From the NCBI GenBank assembly GCA_048938895.1, contig JBHLLU010000076.1:1-16105 (forward strand): 16,105 nucleotides of DNA, in the 5' to 3' direction. Positions 15,104 to 16,105 of this stretch are shown here, piece by piece. The translations under genes and the position numbers were made by a program. The notes below the pieces were generated by a model that was given only the letters and a program-made list of their open reading frames with translations, ran no database searches and had not been told where the DNA came from. Within the stretch, counting starts at the first letter, position 1. Each line of letters opens with the position of its first letter. The stretch is from Promethearchaeota archaeon (GTDB lineage Archaea; Asgardarchaeota; Lokiarchaeia; Sigyniarchaeales; SOKP01).

Positions 15104-16105
15104 ATAGAGAAAAAGAGATTAAGTCTTATTTTAGAACCTTCTTCCAAGCGTTTAAGTGTAGAGAAGGGTCAATTAATTTATGAAGCAATTTTAGCATTAG
15201 ATTTTCCATTAGGAGCTTTTTGCGGAGGAGATGGAACTTGTGGAAAATGTATTATTCAAATTTTAGATTCAAATCCTAAAATCTCACAACCAACCGAGAA
15301 AGAGAAAAAAATTATAGGTAACGCCAAGTTATCAGAGGGATATAGGCTAGCATGCCAAACTAAAATTTTGGGGGATTTAAGAGTATATCTTACAGATACA
15401 TTGATTCCAAAAGGACCTAGAATTTTAGTTGATGCCGATTTAGAAACTCTAGGAATCAATAAAAACGTTAATATACAATCGAATATTGCCTCCCAATTAG
15501 TTGAAGTTAAAAATGCAGATTTAACCAACCCAAAGAATGATTTATCGCGTTTAGAAGATAGTATAAATGAAAAAAGTGATGAATTTAGAATATTCAATAA
15601 TCCCACATCTTTCAATTTAGATAATGCTCTTTATGGTGTTATAAAAAAGCTTCCAAATATTATAAGAGAACAAAATGGAAAAGTAACTACTTTTTTCAGA
15701 AAATTATCGTTAGAAGAACCGTGGGTTCTTTACGATATAGAGGCAGGAAATGTGACGGATAAATTATTTGGAATGGCTGTGGATATTGGTACTACTACTA
15801 TTGTTGGTTACCTCATTTATATAAAAACCGGTGAAATTGGAGCCGTTTCTGCACTACTCAATCCTCAAATCATGATAGGAGAAGACGTAATTTCAAGAAT
15901 ATCTTATATAGTAAAAAATAAGGCAATTGAAAGGGCGAAACAATTAATTATTAAAGCCATTAATCAAATAATGGAGGATTGTTGTTATAAAGCAAACATT
16001 TCTATTTCAGAAATAAGAGATATTGCAATTGTGGGTAATACTGCAATGCATCATATGGTTTTTGGAATACCTTCTGAGTTTTTAGCGATTTCACCTTACA
16101 CTCCT
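15104..16105 (+). CDS. RACo/DUF4445-type ATP-dependent corrinoid reductive activator (N-terminal 2Fe-2S ferredoxin plus ASKHA ATPase), 3'-truncated by the window
   Basis: Translated by hand. The frame is open from 15080 to the window end and contains CGGDGTCGKC (15221), GYRLACQ, GMAVDIGTTTIV, NPQ..IGEDVISRI and VGNTAMHH. It is absent from the ORF track because there is no stop. The start is uncertain (ATA 15104). Confidence 0.92.
   Translation, partial: MEKKRLSLILEPSSKRLSVEKGQLIYEAILALDFPLGAFCGGDGTCGKCIIQILDSNPKISQPTEKEKKIIGNAKLSEGYRLACQTKILGDLRVYLTDTLIPKGPRILVDADLETLGINKNVNIQSNIASQLVEVKNADLTNPKNDLSRLEDSINEKSDEFRIFNNPTSFNLDNALYGVIKKLPNIIREQNGKVTTFFRKLSLEEPWVLYDIEAGNVTDKLFGMAVDIGTTTIVGYLIYIKTGEIGAVSALLNPQIMIGEDVISRISYIVKNKAIERAKQLIIKAINQIMEDCCYKANISISEIRDIAIVGNTAMHHMVFGIPSEFLAISPYTP

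Noticed and set aside
15256-15615. Minus-strand 119-aa ORF offered by the track
   Set aside because: It is the shadow of the real plus-strand RACo/DUF4445 gene, which has clear 2Fe-2S and ASKHA motifs.

Overview
AT-rich accessory/metabolic window with 11 protein-coding genes. I saw no RNA gene, CRISPR array or mobile element. Gene order: two tandem paralogous AMP-dependent acyl-CoA ligases (- strand); a divergent operon of family-I CoA-transferase-like alpha subunit, NfsA-type nitroreductase and beta subunit; a soluble 7-PAS histidine kinase converging on an unusual RHH-HisKA-REC regulator; an orphan short-class chemoreceptor (MCP); and an operon of DUF2284, a corrinoid (B12-binding) protein and a RACo/DUF4445-type activator that is truncated at the right edge and missing from the supplied ORF track. 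GGTGA Shine-Dalgarno motifs, oligo-T terminators, N-glycosylation sequons and the gene repertoire point to an anaerobic archaeon, most plausibly Asgard/Lokiarchaeia (inference only). Most notable points: (1) three genes appear to need non-canonical starts (ACG, ATT/ATA, ATA); (2) the CoA-transferase pair lacks the beta-subunit catalytic Glu but has an IpdA-like Glu in alpha; (3) DUF2284 sits where a methyltransferase would be expected in a corrinoid module; (4) the RHH-HisKA-REC protein has a perfect palindrome upstream; (5) a 29-bp motif is shared by two distant intergenic regions.
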